Below, in pieces: positions 27,316 to 35,797 of a DNA stretch of 59,460 bases. Source of the stretch: a virus; the IMG/VR virus record IMGVR_UViG_3300045988_101425, positions 1 through 59,460 of that record; one strand, written 5' to 3'. The first letter of the stretch is position 1. Each line of letters opens with the position of its first letter. Under the pieces are notes generated by a model. It made no database searches, had not been told where the DNA came from, and saw only the letters and a program-made list of their open reading frames with translations. A program made the translations under genes and the position numbers.

Positions 27316-27782
27316 TACGACGGGATTACCATATCAAGAGATACGATTGGGTGATCCACGTGCTGTATAACGTCACCTGCTCGAGGACATCCGATATCAT
27401 AGCCCTATTGAGGAGGGTCGGTTGCCCGGAAAGCAAGATACGGGAGGCTTATGGCAACGTAGGCTCCTGCAAGCTGGACGTGGGACTTACTTATTCCAAC
27501 TACCGGCGAAGGGAATCCGTCATGGTGATAGGCCGGACCTCGTCCTATAAGGAGTTCGCCAATTCCCTGTTCCATGAGTGCCGCCATTTGACGGATCATA
27601 TGTCCTTGGCCTTGGATATGGAGATCGGAGGGGAGCCTATCGCTTACTTGGCTGGCGATATAGGAGCCTTGATGTCCGATGAGATAAGGATGTTCATCTG
27701 CGATTGCCATCGTCACAGGAACGATATAAACGATGAGTTATGGGAAAGAAAAAAGAAGATAAAAAGAAAAAGGAATCCGTAA
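27312..27782 (+). CDS. Putative minimal zinc metallopeptidase (HExxH)
   Basis: LFHECRHLTDH contains HExxH plus a downstream His. 156 aa. Confidence 0.4.
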   Translation: MIRRDYHIKRYDWVIHVLYNVTCSRTSDIIALLRRVGCPESKIREAYGNVGSCKLDVGLTYSNYRRRESVMVIGRTSSYKEFANSLFHECRHLTDHMSLALDMEIGGEPIAYLAGDIGALMSDEIRMFICDCHRHRNDINDELWERKKKIKRKRNP

Positions 27783-27874
27783 GACGGGAGATAGACCGCC
27801 TCACGGATTCCTTGGATTTCGAGCCTGTCAACTTCTATGAGGTGATGGCTCGGATACGGCACTTGATGTGCCTG

Positions 27875-29071
27875 TTATGATTTGGTTTCTTGCGCCTTAA
27901 AGTTATAGACTGGTCTTATAACATCTATAATTTCGACAGTATCCGTAATTGCATCCATGATCTCTTCCATGGACTTGTACGCTTGTGGGGCCTCGTCTAT
28001 TGTGGCCTTACTTACAGAAGTTGTGTATATTCCATTCATGGATTCTTGGTATTCCTCCATGCTGAGTAACTCCTTTGCCTTGTTCCGACTCATCAAACGT
28101 CCGGCCCCGTGCGGCGCTGAATAGTTCCAGTCGGGATTTCCTTTCCCGATACAGATAAGAGATCCATCACGCATATTGATAGGAATGAGTAACTTTTCTC
28201 CAATCTCGGCGCTTACAGCGCCCTTTCTAAGGATCATACGTTTAAAATCAATGTAGTTATGTATGGTTTCAAACCTGCTTTCCTCTTTAAATCCCATTCC
28301 TTTGATGATAATAGCCGCCATGGTAGCACGGTTGAGCATCGCAAAACGTTGTACTATTGCCATGTCATTAATATAGTCGTGAAAATCACTACCTGAAAGA
28401 TGCGCTAGCTCTTTGTCCTTACCGGGAATAGAAATGTTCTTAATCGCTTCCTGAATATCCCTTTCCCTACCTTCTGCTTTCAATCTGGCAATAGTATTAC
28501 GTACCTCTATCGCCCGATCACTTTCTGTATTTGCAGCCAAATTTTGATAGTGCTTACAAACATCGCCTCCCAGCTTTCTACTGCCAGAGTGAATAACCAA
28601 ATAGTACCTATGGTTTCTTTCTGAATAGTCCACCTCTATAAAATGATTACCGCCTCCAAGCGTACCGAGTGATAGATAAGCCCTATTTAAATCTACTTGC
28701 TTCGCACATCGTAGGTTTGAAAAATCAAAATTCTCCTTTTGGGTGTCATGTATATCAAACCCATTGGGAACCATTTCCCTTATAACGGAATCCAATTTCT
28801 CACAGTCTATGGATTGATCTGCCAATTCCACGGTAAGCATACCGCAACCAATATCCACCCCAACTAAATTTGGGGTTACCTTATCGGTTATTGTCATTGT
28901 AGTACCGACAGTACATCCCTTACCAGCATGGCTATCTGGCATTATTCTAATAATTGAATTCTGATAAGCCTCATAGTTTGCGAGTCTTTTAACTTGCTCA
29001 TAAGCTTCATATTCAAATGTCTCGGCGAATACTTTCACCTCGTTTCCTGTGTCCGATTTTATAATTCTCAT
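27875..29071 (-). CDS. rtcB: RtcB RNA 3'-phosphate ligase
   Basis: Motifs GVDIGCGM, HSGSRKLGG, HNYIDF, APHGAGR. The first ATG is at 29071; the track start at 29089 is TTG. Confidence 0.85.
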   Translation of the reverse strand: MRIIKSDTGNEVKVFAETFEYEAYEQVKRLANYEAYQNSIIRIMPDSHAGKGCTVGTTMTITDKVTPNLVGVDIGCGMLTVELADQSIDCEKLDSVIREMVPNGFDIHDTQKENFDFSNLRCAKQVDLNRAYLSLGTLGGGNHFIEVDYSERNHRYYLVIHSGSRKLGGDVCKHYQNLAANTESDRAIEVRNTIARLKAEGRERDIQEAIKNISIPGKDKELAHLSGSDFHDYINDMAIVQRFAMLNRATMAAIIIKGMGFKEESRFETIHNYIDFKRMILRKGAVSAEIGEKLLIPINMRDGSLICIGKGNPDWNYSAPHGAGRLMSRNKAKELLSMEEYQESMNGIYTTSVSKATIDEAPQAYKSMEEIMDAITDTVEIIDVIRPVYNFKAQETKS

Positions 29072-29114
29072 AAAAAATATTTTTTGCAAATAAACAATAA
29101 AAGTTTAAATAAAC

Positions 29115-29336
29115 TCAAGGATTCTTTGATTTGATTAACCCATTAAGTATCTTGGTCGCCAATAACGGATCTTTATCCATTAAAATGTTCCATACTTTTA
29201 TTCCGGGTTTCACCCTAGAATAATGATGTAGCACTATATTGTTGGCTTTATCCAGTCTTCCGGTTCCATATATCCATAACATCCCGGGATATAACTGGAA
29301 GTTTTTCATTATCTTCTTTGCTTGTCTTAATCTCAT
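29115..29336 (-). CDS. Hypothetical protein
   Basis: 73-aa ORF in the packed early operon. Confidence 0.5.
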   Translation of the reverse strand: MRLRQAKKIMKNFQLYPGMLWIYGTGRLDKANNIVLHHYSRVKPGIKVWNILMDKDPLLATKILNGLIKSKNP

Positions 29337-29352
29337 GATTTCAATTTATTTA

Positions 29353-29565
29353 TTATTTAATGATTATATAGTCCCCGCAATCTTCAATATACTTTATTCC
29401 GGCACTATCAAGAGTATTCTCTATGTCCACTTGGCACAGGCAAGATTCCGGTATGATATTGTCATACCCTTCCGCTGGGATCATTTTCGTGATTTGCGGG
29501 AAATGATCCTCTAGTTGTTTAGGGGATTGTATTTCTACATCCCCGTCGTAAATAAGTACGCACAT
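29353..29565 (-). CDS. Hypothetical protein
   Basis: 70-aa acidic ORF. Confidence 0.5.
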   Translation of the reverse strand: MCVLIYDGDVEIQSPKQLEDHFPQITKMIPAEGYDNIIPESCLCQVDIENTLDSAGIKYIEDCGDYIIIK

Positions 29566-29576
29566 GTTATTAGAGG

Positions 29577-29906
29577 TTAAATTATCGCTGTTTGAAAATC
29601 TGGAGTATCATTTATATTGAGGCTATTCACGATATCTACTCCGCACCAGTCTTCTGGATCACCATTCTTTTCACCATCCACAGATACATAACCGATACCC
29701 TCTATCATGTTTTCTGTGCCGAATGCAGTGATGTACCATGCTATCTGCCGGAGCATATCTTCTTCACTAGCACCGTTCTCTATCGCATTCCGATAACTTT
29801 CAAGTGAATCCTTAAATTCTTCTGATTCCGGATCGTAATTCATGCTAATGGTAGCACTGACCTCTACATCTATCTGTTTCATATCTTTTAAATTATGAGC
29901 CTTCAA
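29577..29906 (-). CDS. Hypothetical acidic protein
   Basis: 109-aa ORF. Confidence 0.55.
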   Translation of the reverse strand: MKAHNLKDMKQIDVEVSATISMNYDPESEEFKDSLESYRNAIENGASEEDMLRQIAWYITAFGTENMIEGIGYVSVDGEKNGDPEDWCGVDIVNSLNINDTPDFQTAII

Positions 29907-29924
29907 GGGAAGGCTCGGTTAATA

Positions 29925-30095
29925 CTATTCATTTTTGCTACGTTTCTCGATCATATAAATATTTTTACCATCATTTACCGTGACCAGAAATAACTTATCG
30001 CAATTTAGACATTTGCAATTATATAACCCACAGAGAAAAGATCCCTTTATGTATCTAGTCGAATGACAGAATGGGCATTTTATTGAATTATCCAT
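29925..30095 (-). CDS. Zinc-ribbon mini-protein (56 aa, below the track cutoff)
   Basis: Hand translation MDNSIKCPFCHSTRYIKGSFLCGLYNCKCLNCDKLFLVTVNDGKNIYMIEKRSKNE, with CxxC...CxxC. The start overlaps the upstream stop. Confidence 0.5.
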   Translation of the reverse strand: MDNSIKCPFCHSTRYIKGSFLCGLYNCKCLNCDKLFLVTVNDGKNIYMIEKRSKNE

Positions 30096-30423
30096 GATTT
30101 TTAGGTATTATCATCCAGTGTGTAATGTCTTCATCATCAACATGACCATTTGACAAAGCCCACATACTTTTATTATATCCTTTATTCTCTCTTAACCAGC
30201 CTAAGACAAGATGTCTTATAGAATTTTTATCAAATAACAGAACCTCTTCTCCGGGTGGCGGTAGCCGATCCTTCACGCTTATCCACGGGGATTGCTTTGC
30301 CTGCCATTCGGCACCTGCTATAAATCCCTGATAATACGCCGGGAATACACTACCGCTACTCCTGCTTTCAGCGAATAAATGAGCCGCTTCTTCTACTGTC
30401 AGTCTCATATCAATCTTGCTCAT
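30088..30423 (-). CDS. Hypothetical protein with a DUF551-like C-terminus
   Basis: WISVKDRLPPPGEEVLLF resembles the phage DUF551 motif. Confidence 0.5.
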   Translation of the reverse strand: MSKIDMRLTVEEAAHLFAESRSSGSVFPAYYQGFIAGAEWQAKQSPWISVKDRLPPPGEEVLLFDKNSIRHLVLGWLRENKGYNKSMWALSNGHVDDEDITHWMIIPKNHG

Positions 30424-30425
30424 AT

Positions 30426-30845
30426 TTATTTATCTGTTAGGAATTTCTTATTCAAGTGCCCTTCTCTGATAAGCCATTCTATAGCGTCAACCACATTATC
30501 CATCAGATTCTCTTTGTCGAAGGATTTTGCGCAATTGTAAGTATTGTCACTTTCCCCGTCCTCGATCCAGTCCGATGCGTACATTAACTCAACGAAATTT
30601 CCGGATAGGTAATAAACCATCCCGTCAATATCATCTTGATATGATTTAGGCATCATATCTATCAGCTTGGATAGAGACCAAGTGGGCAATACCGTATCTT
30701 GATACGCTTTACTTTTAATCCTTCTATATTCAAATGCGACCAGACGTTCGAACTCGTCAAGATACATGTCCGCCGTCTCCGGTCTCACCCCGGCCTCTAA
30801 TAGCCGGGCTGATTGTTCTTTATTCGTGCAAATCTGTGTGTTCAT
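30426..30845 (-). CDS. Hypothetical protein
   Basis: 139-aa ORF. Confidence 0.55.
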   Translation of the reverse strand: MNTQICTNKEQSARLLEAGVRPETADMYLDEFERLVAFEYRRIKSKAYQDTVLPTWSLSKLIDMMPKSYQDDIDGMVYYLSGNFVELMYASDWIEDGESDNTYNCAKSFDKENLMDNVVDAIEWLIREGHLNKKFLTDK

Positions 30846-30853
30846 CTTTATTC

Positions 30854-31102
30854 CTAACTTAATTTATAAATAGATGCTACATGATGGGAAAAATCACCAT
30901 CTCCATACACGGTTATCTCGTACTTATCTCCGTCCATATCGACTATACATTGATTGCTATCTCGTTCTATGACTTCATAATCATCTGGCAATTCGTTTTC
31001 TAAAAAGTCATCCATGGAATCGGTGTTTGTAAAAAGACAGTAATCGGTTTGCCAATTATAGTATTGCAGCAAACCTTCTGAAATCATACTTTTAGTCAAC
31101 AT
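30854..31102 (-). CDS. Hypothetical acidic protein
   Basis: 82-aa ORF. Confidence 0.5.
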   Translation of the reverse strand: MLTKSMISEGLLQYYNWQTDYCLFTNTDSMDDFLENELPDDYEVIERDSNQCIVDMDGDKYEITVYGDGDFSHHVASIYKLS

Positions 31103-31293
31103 TCTTTATCCTCCTTCACCTCTAAAAATATTACATCTTGATTGTCTTCTCTTTGGAAATCCAAACAAGCCATATTTGCGCATTCTTCTTTCTTTCTGTT
31201 GAAGAAATAGCAGTCAATACAAAGACCCTCGCAAACCTTTAGATTAACCTTCCCTTGACGGAACGTCTCGCCTATAGTGTATTCTTTAGCCAT
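31096..31293 (-). CDS. Cys-rich small protein (paralog of 32662-32892)
   Basis: The internal ATG at 31293 follows the stop of the upstream mini-gene. KVCEGLCIDCYFFNRKKEECANMACLDFQREDNQDVIF. Confidence 0.5.
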   Translation of the reverse strand: MAKEYTIGETFRQGKVNLKVCEGLCIDCYFFNRKKEECANMACLDFQREDNQDVIFLEVKEDKEC

Positions 31294-31295
31294 AT

Positions 31296-31445
31296 CTATC
31301 CCTCCTGAATAATTACACATTCTATCTCTTCGTCCCATGTTACATCCACCGGATCGTACTCATACTCTCCATCGGACGTGCGGATCATTACCTCCGCTTC
31401 CGGATCTTGCTCTTGTAATAGAGCGATTAGTTCTTTATTTCTCAT
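31296..31445 (-). CDS. Hypothetical mini-protein (49 aa)
   Basis: Hand translation MRNKELIALLQEQDPEAEVMIRTSDGEYEYDPVDVTWDEEIECVIIQEG. ATGA overlap with the upstream gene. Confidence 0.45.
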   Translation of the reverse strand: MRNKELIALLQEQDPEAEVMIRTSDGEYEYDPVDVTWDEEIECVIIQEG

Positions 31446-31807
31446 GATTCACCTCCTTCCTTCAATTTAGCTATGAGCGCATCGGCAAAAACTACGGCAT
31501 ATTCTGCTTGTGTTTTAAAAGCGCCTTCATAGACTTCTCTGCTTGAATTACTAAGAAACGCTGCCATCATTTCTTTTGCAATCTCATATCTGCGTTGTTC
31601 CCAATCAACGGCTTTATTCTCCGTCTTATCTATAACTTCTAGATCCTCTAGAGCGTTGAGTTCCTGTATGAGATCAAGCCCCTCGGAATCCACATAGCGC
31701 ACCCAATCCTTTTCAGGACAGGCTTCGGAAGATTTGAAGGCGATAACATCAACGATCTCCCCAGTCTTTCTTATTTTCGCTTTCATATCAAAATAATGTT
31801 TTCTCAA
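31442..31807 (-). CDS. Hypothetical protein
   Basis: 121-aa ORF. Confidence 0.55.
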   Translation of the reverse strand: MRKHYFDMKAKIRKTGEIVDVIAFKSSEACPEKDWVRYVDSEGLDLIQELNALEDLEVIDKTENKAVDWEQRRYEIAKEMMAAFLSNSSREVYEGAFKTQAEYAVVFADALIAKLKEGGES

Positions 31808-32597
31808 TCTCGTAATTGTAAACCAAAACCTCCGTACTCTCCCTTATCCGAGAGTGAACGGACGTATGAGTGGTGACTTTTACTTCCTTATGGTTCCATT
31901 TGTTTTCATTGACAAAGGAGCGTAAGGTGTCAGTCCAGTAATTGCTGAGAATGAATTTACCATTGATCCGAGACAAAAGATCTAGCAGATCCGCAAGGTC
32001 ATTCTCCCCATAACCATAATAATGACCTTGAACCGCCCCGGGATAAGGAGGATCAAGGTAAAATAACGTATCAACGCTATCCCTGTTCTTGATAACTTTC
32101 AACGCGTCCCTACAGGAAATCTGCACCTCTGATAGGCGATCGTACAATTTATCGTTGAACTCCTCACGCTTATTCCTGAAAACCTTCCCGAAGTGTGTCC
32201 CGGCGGTACCGTTACAGAATTTCCATCCTCCATACAAGCTACCAGAATGGCACTCATTTGCCATGATCCATACGGCCCAAGCCTTGTCTACATCCGAGAC
32301 CTCAGATCGTCCTCGATAAATGTTCCTAGCCCTAATGTAGTCAGACTCGGAGTGTAGCGATAATCGGATTCTCTCACGTAACTCCTTAAATTTGGATGCG
32401 GACTGGCAGACCTTGAAAAAGTTTATCAACAAGTCGTTCTTGTCATTGATCACTTCTATCCCTGCTTTAGGCTTCGCGAAAAATACCGCTCCTCCTCCAA
32501 AGAATGGCTCGCAATATATCTTATGCCTAGGCATCATTGATACAATGCGTTCGGACAAGTTTTGCTTGCCTCCATAATATGTGATTGGTGTTCTCAT
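31788..32597 (-). CDS. dam: Dam-like N6-adenine DNA methyltransferase
   Basis: YYGGKQ, EPFFGGGAVFF and LDPPYPG motifs. Confidence 0.85.
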   Translation of the reverse strand: MRTPITYYGGKQNLSERIVSMMPRHKIYCEPFFGGGAVFFAKPKAGIEVINDKNDLLINFFKVCQSASKFKELRERIRLSLHSESDYIRARNIYRGRSEVSDVDKAWAVWIMANECHSGSLYGGWKFCNGTAGTHFGKVFRNKREEFNDKLYDRLSEVQISCRDALKVIKNRDSVDTLFYLDPPYPGAVQGHYYGYGENDLADLLDLLSRINGKFILSNYWTDTLRSFVNENKWNHKEVKVTTHTSVHSRIRESTEVLVYNYEIEKTLF

Positions 32598-32661
32598 GTA
32601 ATTTTATATTCTTTCTTTGCTCTCATCATAGATGAATGCAGTTTTCAACTATGATGAATGA

Positions 32662-32892
32662 TTAAACCTCTGTTTTAGCAAAAACTACGCTCTCATGGTC
32701 CGGCCTCAGATGAGCCATGCAAGCCTTGCTGTACTCGCAATCCCTAGCTCCATCGCCCCGGAACAGACATCCCCTGCATACGACCGCTTTCCCTTGGTAT
32801 ATTGCCTCGAAGCGCTTGACTTGCACCCTGTTTGTCCCGACTTGGATAACAAAGCCGGTAGGGGTGTTTCTCAATCTCTCTGTTATTTCCAT
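32662..32892 (-). CDS. Cys-rich small protein (paralog of 31096-31293)
   Basis: KAVVCRGCLFRGDGARDCEYSKACMAHLRPDHESVVF has the same CxxC..C..C..R.D...V.F pattern. Confidence 0.5.
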   Translation of the reverse strand: MEITERLRNTPTGFVIQVGTNRVQVKRFEAIYQGKAVVCRGCLFRGDGARDCEYSKACMAHLRPDHESVVFAKTEV

Positions 32893-32901
32893 GATCTGTT
32901 T

Positions 32902-34305
32902 TTAAAATGGCATGTCCTTGTCACAACTCCCGTAATCGTAGAACTTGGTCATGCCGTCATTATGCTTAAATTTTACTAATCCAGTGGCCCCATCTCTATT
33001 CTTGGCCACGATCAACTCTCCGTAATTGCGTTCTACGTTGCCGTTCTTGTCCTTGACCTCGATCTTGTAATACTCCGGTCTATGAATGAACATTACGATA
33101 TCAGCGTCTTGCTCGATAGCCCCGGATTCCCTAAGATCGGATAGGAGGGGTTTCTTGTCCGGTCTGGCCTCGTTTCCCCTGTTCAATTGGGATAAGAGCA
33201 AGAAGGGGACCTTTAACTCCTTCGCCGTGATCTTGGCGGTCCTTGACATCTTGGCTACCTCCCGCTCACGGTTTCCTTCCCGTTCCCCGCTCTCCGCCAA
33301 TTGGAGATAGTCGGCCATGATGATCCCGCACTTGCCTTGCTTCTTCAGTATCTTACATCGTGAGCGGATGTAATCCATCGTAACGCACGGGTTGTCATCG
33401 ACATAGATCGGGAGCCTCCAAAGCTCGTTGACTGCCGTCTCTACCTTGTTGATCTCCTCGTTTGTCATATACCCGGACTTGAACCGTTCCTGATCTACGT
33501 CGCACTCGGATAGGATCAACCTGTTGGCCAAGCTTATGTCGGACATTTCAAGCGAGAATATAGCCACAGGCGTGTTGGATTTTGCCGCCGATTTGGCCAA
33601 GTGAAGCATCACGGCCGTTTTTCCCATGGAGGGCCTAGCGGCTATTATCACCAAGTTTCCCGGTTGCCAGCCGTTAGTGATCTTATTCAGGTCGTGAAGC
33701 CCAGTGTCTACACCAGACCGGATGTTTTTCCTAGCCATCTCCACACGCTTGTATAAACCGTCCATGGAGCCTTTAAGGGCCTTGGATATATGCTCGCCAT
33801 TAGACTTGCCGATAAGTTCCTCCATGAGGGTCTCTGAGCCGTTTATGGCCTTGTGAAGAACGTCCCCTATATCCTCGTTGGAATAGATGGCGTTCTCTAG
33901 GTCGTTGGCGATAGCTAGCCCCCTCCTCTGTATGGACCGCTCCTTGACGATCATGGCATGATCCAGTATATGGGCCGAAGACCCGATCTTGGAGGTAAGG
34001 GAGGCTATGTATATCGGCCCCCCAATACTCTCAAGCTCCCCGGATGACAGCATCGCTTGCGTGACCGTCATCATGTCTATGGGCTTTCTCTCTTTGTATA
34101 GCCCAGATATGGCCTTGAATACAGATTGGTTCCTCTTGTCGTAGAAATCGGCCTCAGATAGCTCCGAGGCGATTTTCTCGAAAGCGTCGCTCTCTATGAG
34201 GCAAGCCCCGAGTATTATCTGCTCGATCTCCTTGGCTTGGGGAGGCAGTTTCCCGTCAATCAGGGACGATGTAAGTGAGGTCTGTGCGATGCTCGTTCTT
34301 GCCAT
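32902..34305 (-). CDS. dnaB: Replicative DNA helicase DnaB
   Basis: ARPSMGKTAVMLHLA (Walker A), DYLQL, LSQLNR, VAKNRDG. Confidence 0.9.
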   Translation of the reverse strand: MARTSIAQTSLTSSLIDGKLPPQAKEIEQIILGACLIESDAFEKIASELSEADFYDKRNQSVFKAISGLYKERKPIDMMTVTQAMLSSGELESIGGPIYIASLTSKIGSSAHILDHAMIVKERSIQRRGLAIANDLENAIYSNEDIGDVLHKAINGSETLMEELIGKSNGEHISKALKGSMDGLYKRVEMARKNIRSGVDTGLHDLNKITNGWQPGNLVIIAARPSMGKTAVMLHLAKSAAKSNTPVAIFSLEMSDISLANRLILSECDVDQERFKSGYMTNEEINKVETAVNELWRLPIYVDDNPCVTMDYIRSRCKILKKQGKCGIIMADYLQLAESGEREGNREREVAKMSRTAKITAKELKVPFLLLSQLNRGNEARPDKKPLLSDLRESGAIEQDADIVMFIHRPEYYKIEVKDKNGNVERNYGELIVAKNRDGATGLVKFKHNDGMTKFYDYGSCDKDMPF

Positions 34306-35107
34306 AATAAACCTTGTTTTTGTCTATTGCGTTAATCAATGTCATTCTCATGTCAATCTCTTTAGCCCTACTTTTTTTCTTGTGCTTCCATCCGGCATCC
34401 GTCGCCCAGAAATTTGTGCAAGCCTTCTCGAGAGATAGTTTTATATTTACGCCGGGATAATAGGCTTGTTGGGTCTCCATGATCTTTGGATCGTCGCATA
34501 TGCTCTTATATGCGCTACGGACTAAATCCAAATAGATGTTGAAATCATCTTTCCATGTTTTTACCTTTTCTGAGTTATCGCCCGCTTCCGGAACGGGAGT
34601 GACGGCGTCCCCCGATTTGGGGGTAGGGGGTATATTATTATTATCTTTACTTTCCTTTTCTTTTCTTGCTATATTTTTTTCGTCTTTTGCTATAGCATTG
34701 CTATCATTATCCGTAGCATTTGCTATTTCTGATTCTTTTTTGCCCCATCGTTTAGCTAAACCTATCTTCCCTGCCTCGGATCGTTTCTTTGATTTATCGT
34801 CTTTGAATTCCATTCTTTTCTTGAAGCTTTCGGAGTAGAAGTACTTACCGTCCTCGGTAAAGACAAATAACCCGAAATCCTCAATGACGGACTTTATTAA
34901 GGATGCGTCCTCACGAAGGTCAAAGGCTATCATGTTATAATCTTTGACACTCATATAGCTTGGCTCCTCTCTAAGACGTTCTAATATCATGAAGAAAACA
35001 CCATATCCGGCGGCTTTATGCCTCATTCGTAAACGAATCAGCTTATCCGAGTTTCTGGCATTACTGTCGTGAGGGAAATAGCTCGTTAACTCTTTCCTTG
35101 TTTCCAT
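34256..35107 (-). CDS. Replication initiator / replisome organizer (DUF4373-like N-terminus)
   Basis: YFPHDSNARNSDKLIRLRMRHKAAGYGVFFMILERL. Sits upstream of and overlapping dnaB. Confidence 0.7.
   Translation of the reverse strand: METRKELTSYFPHDSNARNSDKLIRLRMRHKAAGYGVFFMILERLREEPSYMSVKDYNMIAFDLREDASLIKSVIEDFGLFVFTEDGKYFYSESFKKRMEFKDDKSKKRSEAGKIGLAKRWGKKESEIANATDNDSNAIAKDEKNIARKEKESKDNNNIPPTPKSGDAVTPVPEAGDNSEKVKTWKDDFNIYLDLVRSAYKSICDDPKIMETQQAYYPGVNIKLSLEKACTNFWATDAGWKHKKKSRAKEIDMRMTLINAIDKNKVYYGKNEHRTDLTYIVPD
34666..34726. repeat. Four phased TTGCTAT iterons (candidate ori) inside the initiator gene
   Basis: TTGCTAT at 34666, 34687, 34698 and 34720 (spacings 21, 11, 22 nt), next to an AT-rich tract at 34630-34665. 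Confidence 0.5.
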
Positions 35108-35116
35108 ATCATGTAT

Positions 35117-35281
35117 TTAATATATTATCCCCCTGTTATACAACTCCTGCCTATATCGCTCCATCGCATCGAGGCATCGTTCCTTGTCCATGTATCCCAT
35201 TGGCATTATTCCGGCCAACCTTGCGTTGCATCGGTCTATGCCATATTTGAGATCCCTGTTTGACATTTTCTTTATATCCAT
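35117..35281 (-). CDS. Hypothetical mini-protein (54 aa)
   Basis: Hand translation MDIKKMSNRDLKYGIDRCNARLAGIMPMGYMDKERCLDAMERYRQELYNRGIIY. Confidence 0.45.
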   Translation of the reverse strand: MDIKKMSNRDLKYGIDRCNARLAGIMPMGYMDKERCLDAMERYRQELYNRGIIY

Positions 35282-35357
35282 GATTACTTAAATTTAAAGT
35301 GTACGATATACTCCCCGGCCTAGACCGGGGCTTTTAAAATTTAATATGCTTTATTCT

Positions 35358-35594
35358 TTAGATTTTAAACAAAAGAATTTCCAAGCAATCCTCGTGTGGA
35401 TCACTTGAATGATAGTTGTTACAGAACTCACGAAACGCATCGTAAAGCCCATTGGAGAGGATGAAGAAATACGCCTTGTTCTTGGCGTTCTTCTCGGTTT
35501 CAAACTTTCGGTAGGATACAGTTCTCGCACTGTTAGGCGTAGATGTAGAAGTTACTATACTTCGCTTCTCCTCTAATTTCAAGTTTCTTGGCAT
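35358..35594 (-). CDS. Hypothetical protein (78 aa from the internal ATG)
   Basis: MPRNLKLEEKRS... The longer track ORF would run into the structured leader. Confidence 0.45.
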   Translation of the reverse strand: MPRNLKLEEKRSIVTSTSTPNSARTVSYRKFETEKNAKNKAYFFILSNGLYDAFREFCNNYHSSDPHEDCLEILLFKI

Positions 35595-35645
35595 TGTAGT
35601 TGAAATTTGAGTTATGTACAAAAAGAAAGCTGTTCGCTTCCTTAT

Positions 35646-35795
35646 TTTTCCGCCAAGAAACACTACATCAGTATCTGAGGTAGCCTACAAAGGAATACGA
35701 ACAGCTCTTTATCTTTGCAGATATAAGCAATCGGATGGATATAAAAAATCCACCTTAGATACTAATATGTAAATGTTTTCTTGGCGGGAAAACAT
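35646..35795 (-). ncRNA. Structured 5' leader / regulatory RNA (nested long-range helices)
   Basis: P1: 35646-35664 pairs with 35773-35795 (about 17 bp, 2 bulges). P2: TATCTGAGG (35672-35680) pairs with CCTTAGATA (35753-35761). Apical TGGAT-ataaaaa-ATCCA. Confidence 0.45.
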
Positions 35796-35797
35796 CG

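Noticed and set aside
35313-35330. Hairpin CCCCGG-cctaga-CCGGGG followed by CTTTT on the plus strand
   Set aside because: It looks like a plus-strand terminator but sits inside the minus-strand early operon, with no plus-strand gene upstream. On the minus strand it lacks a U tract, so its function is left undetermined.
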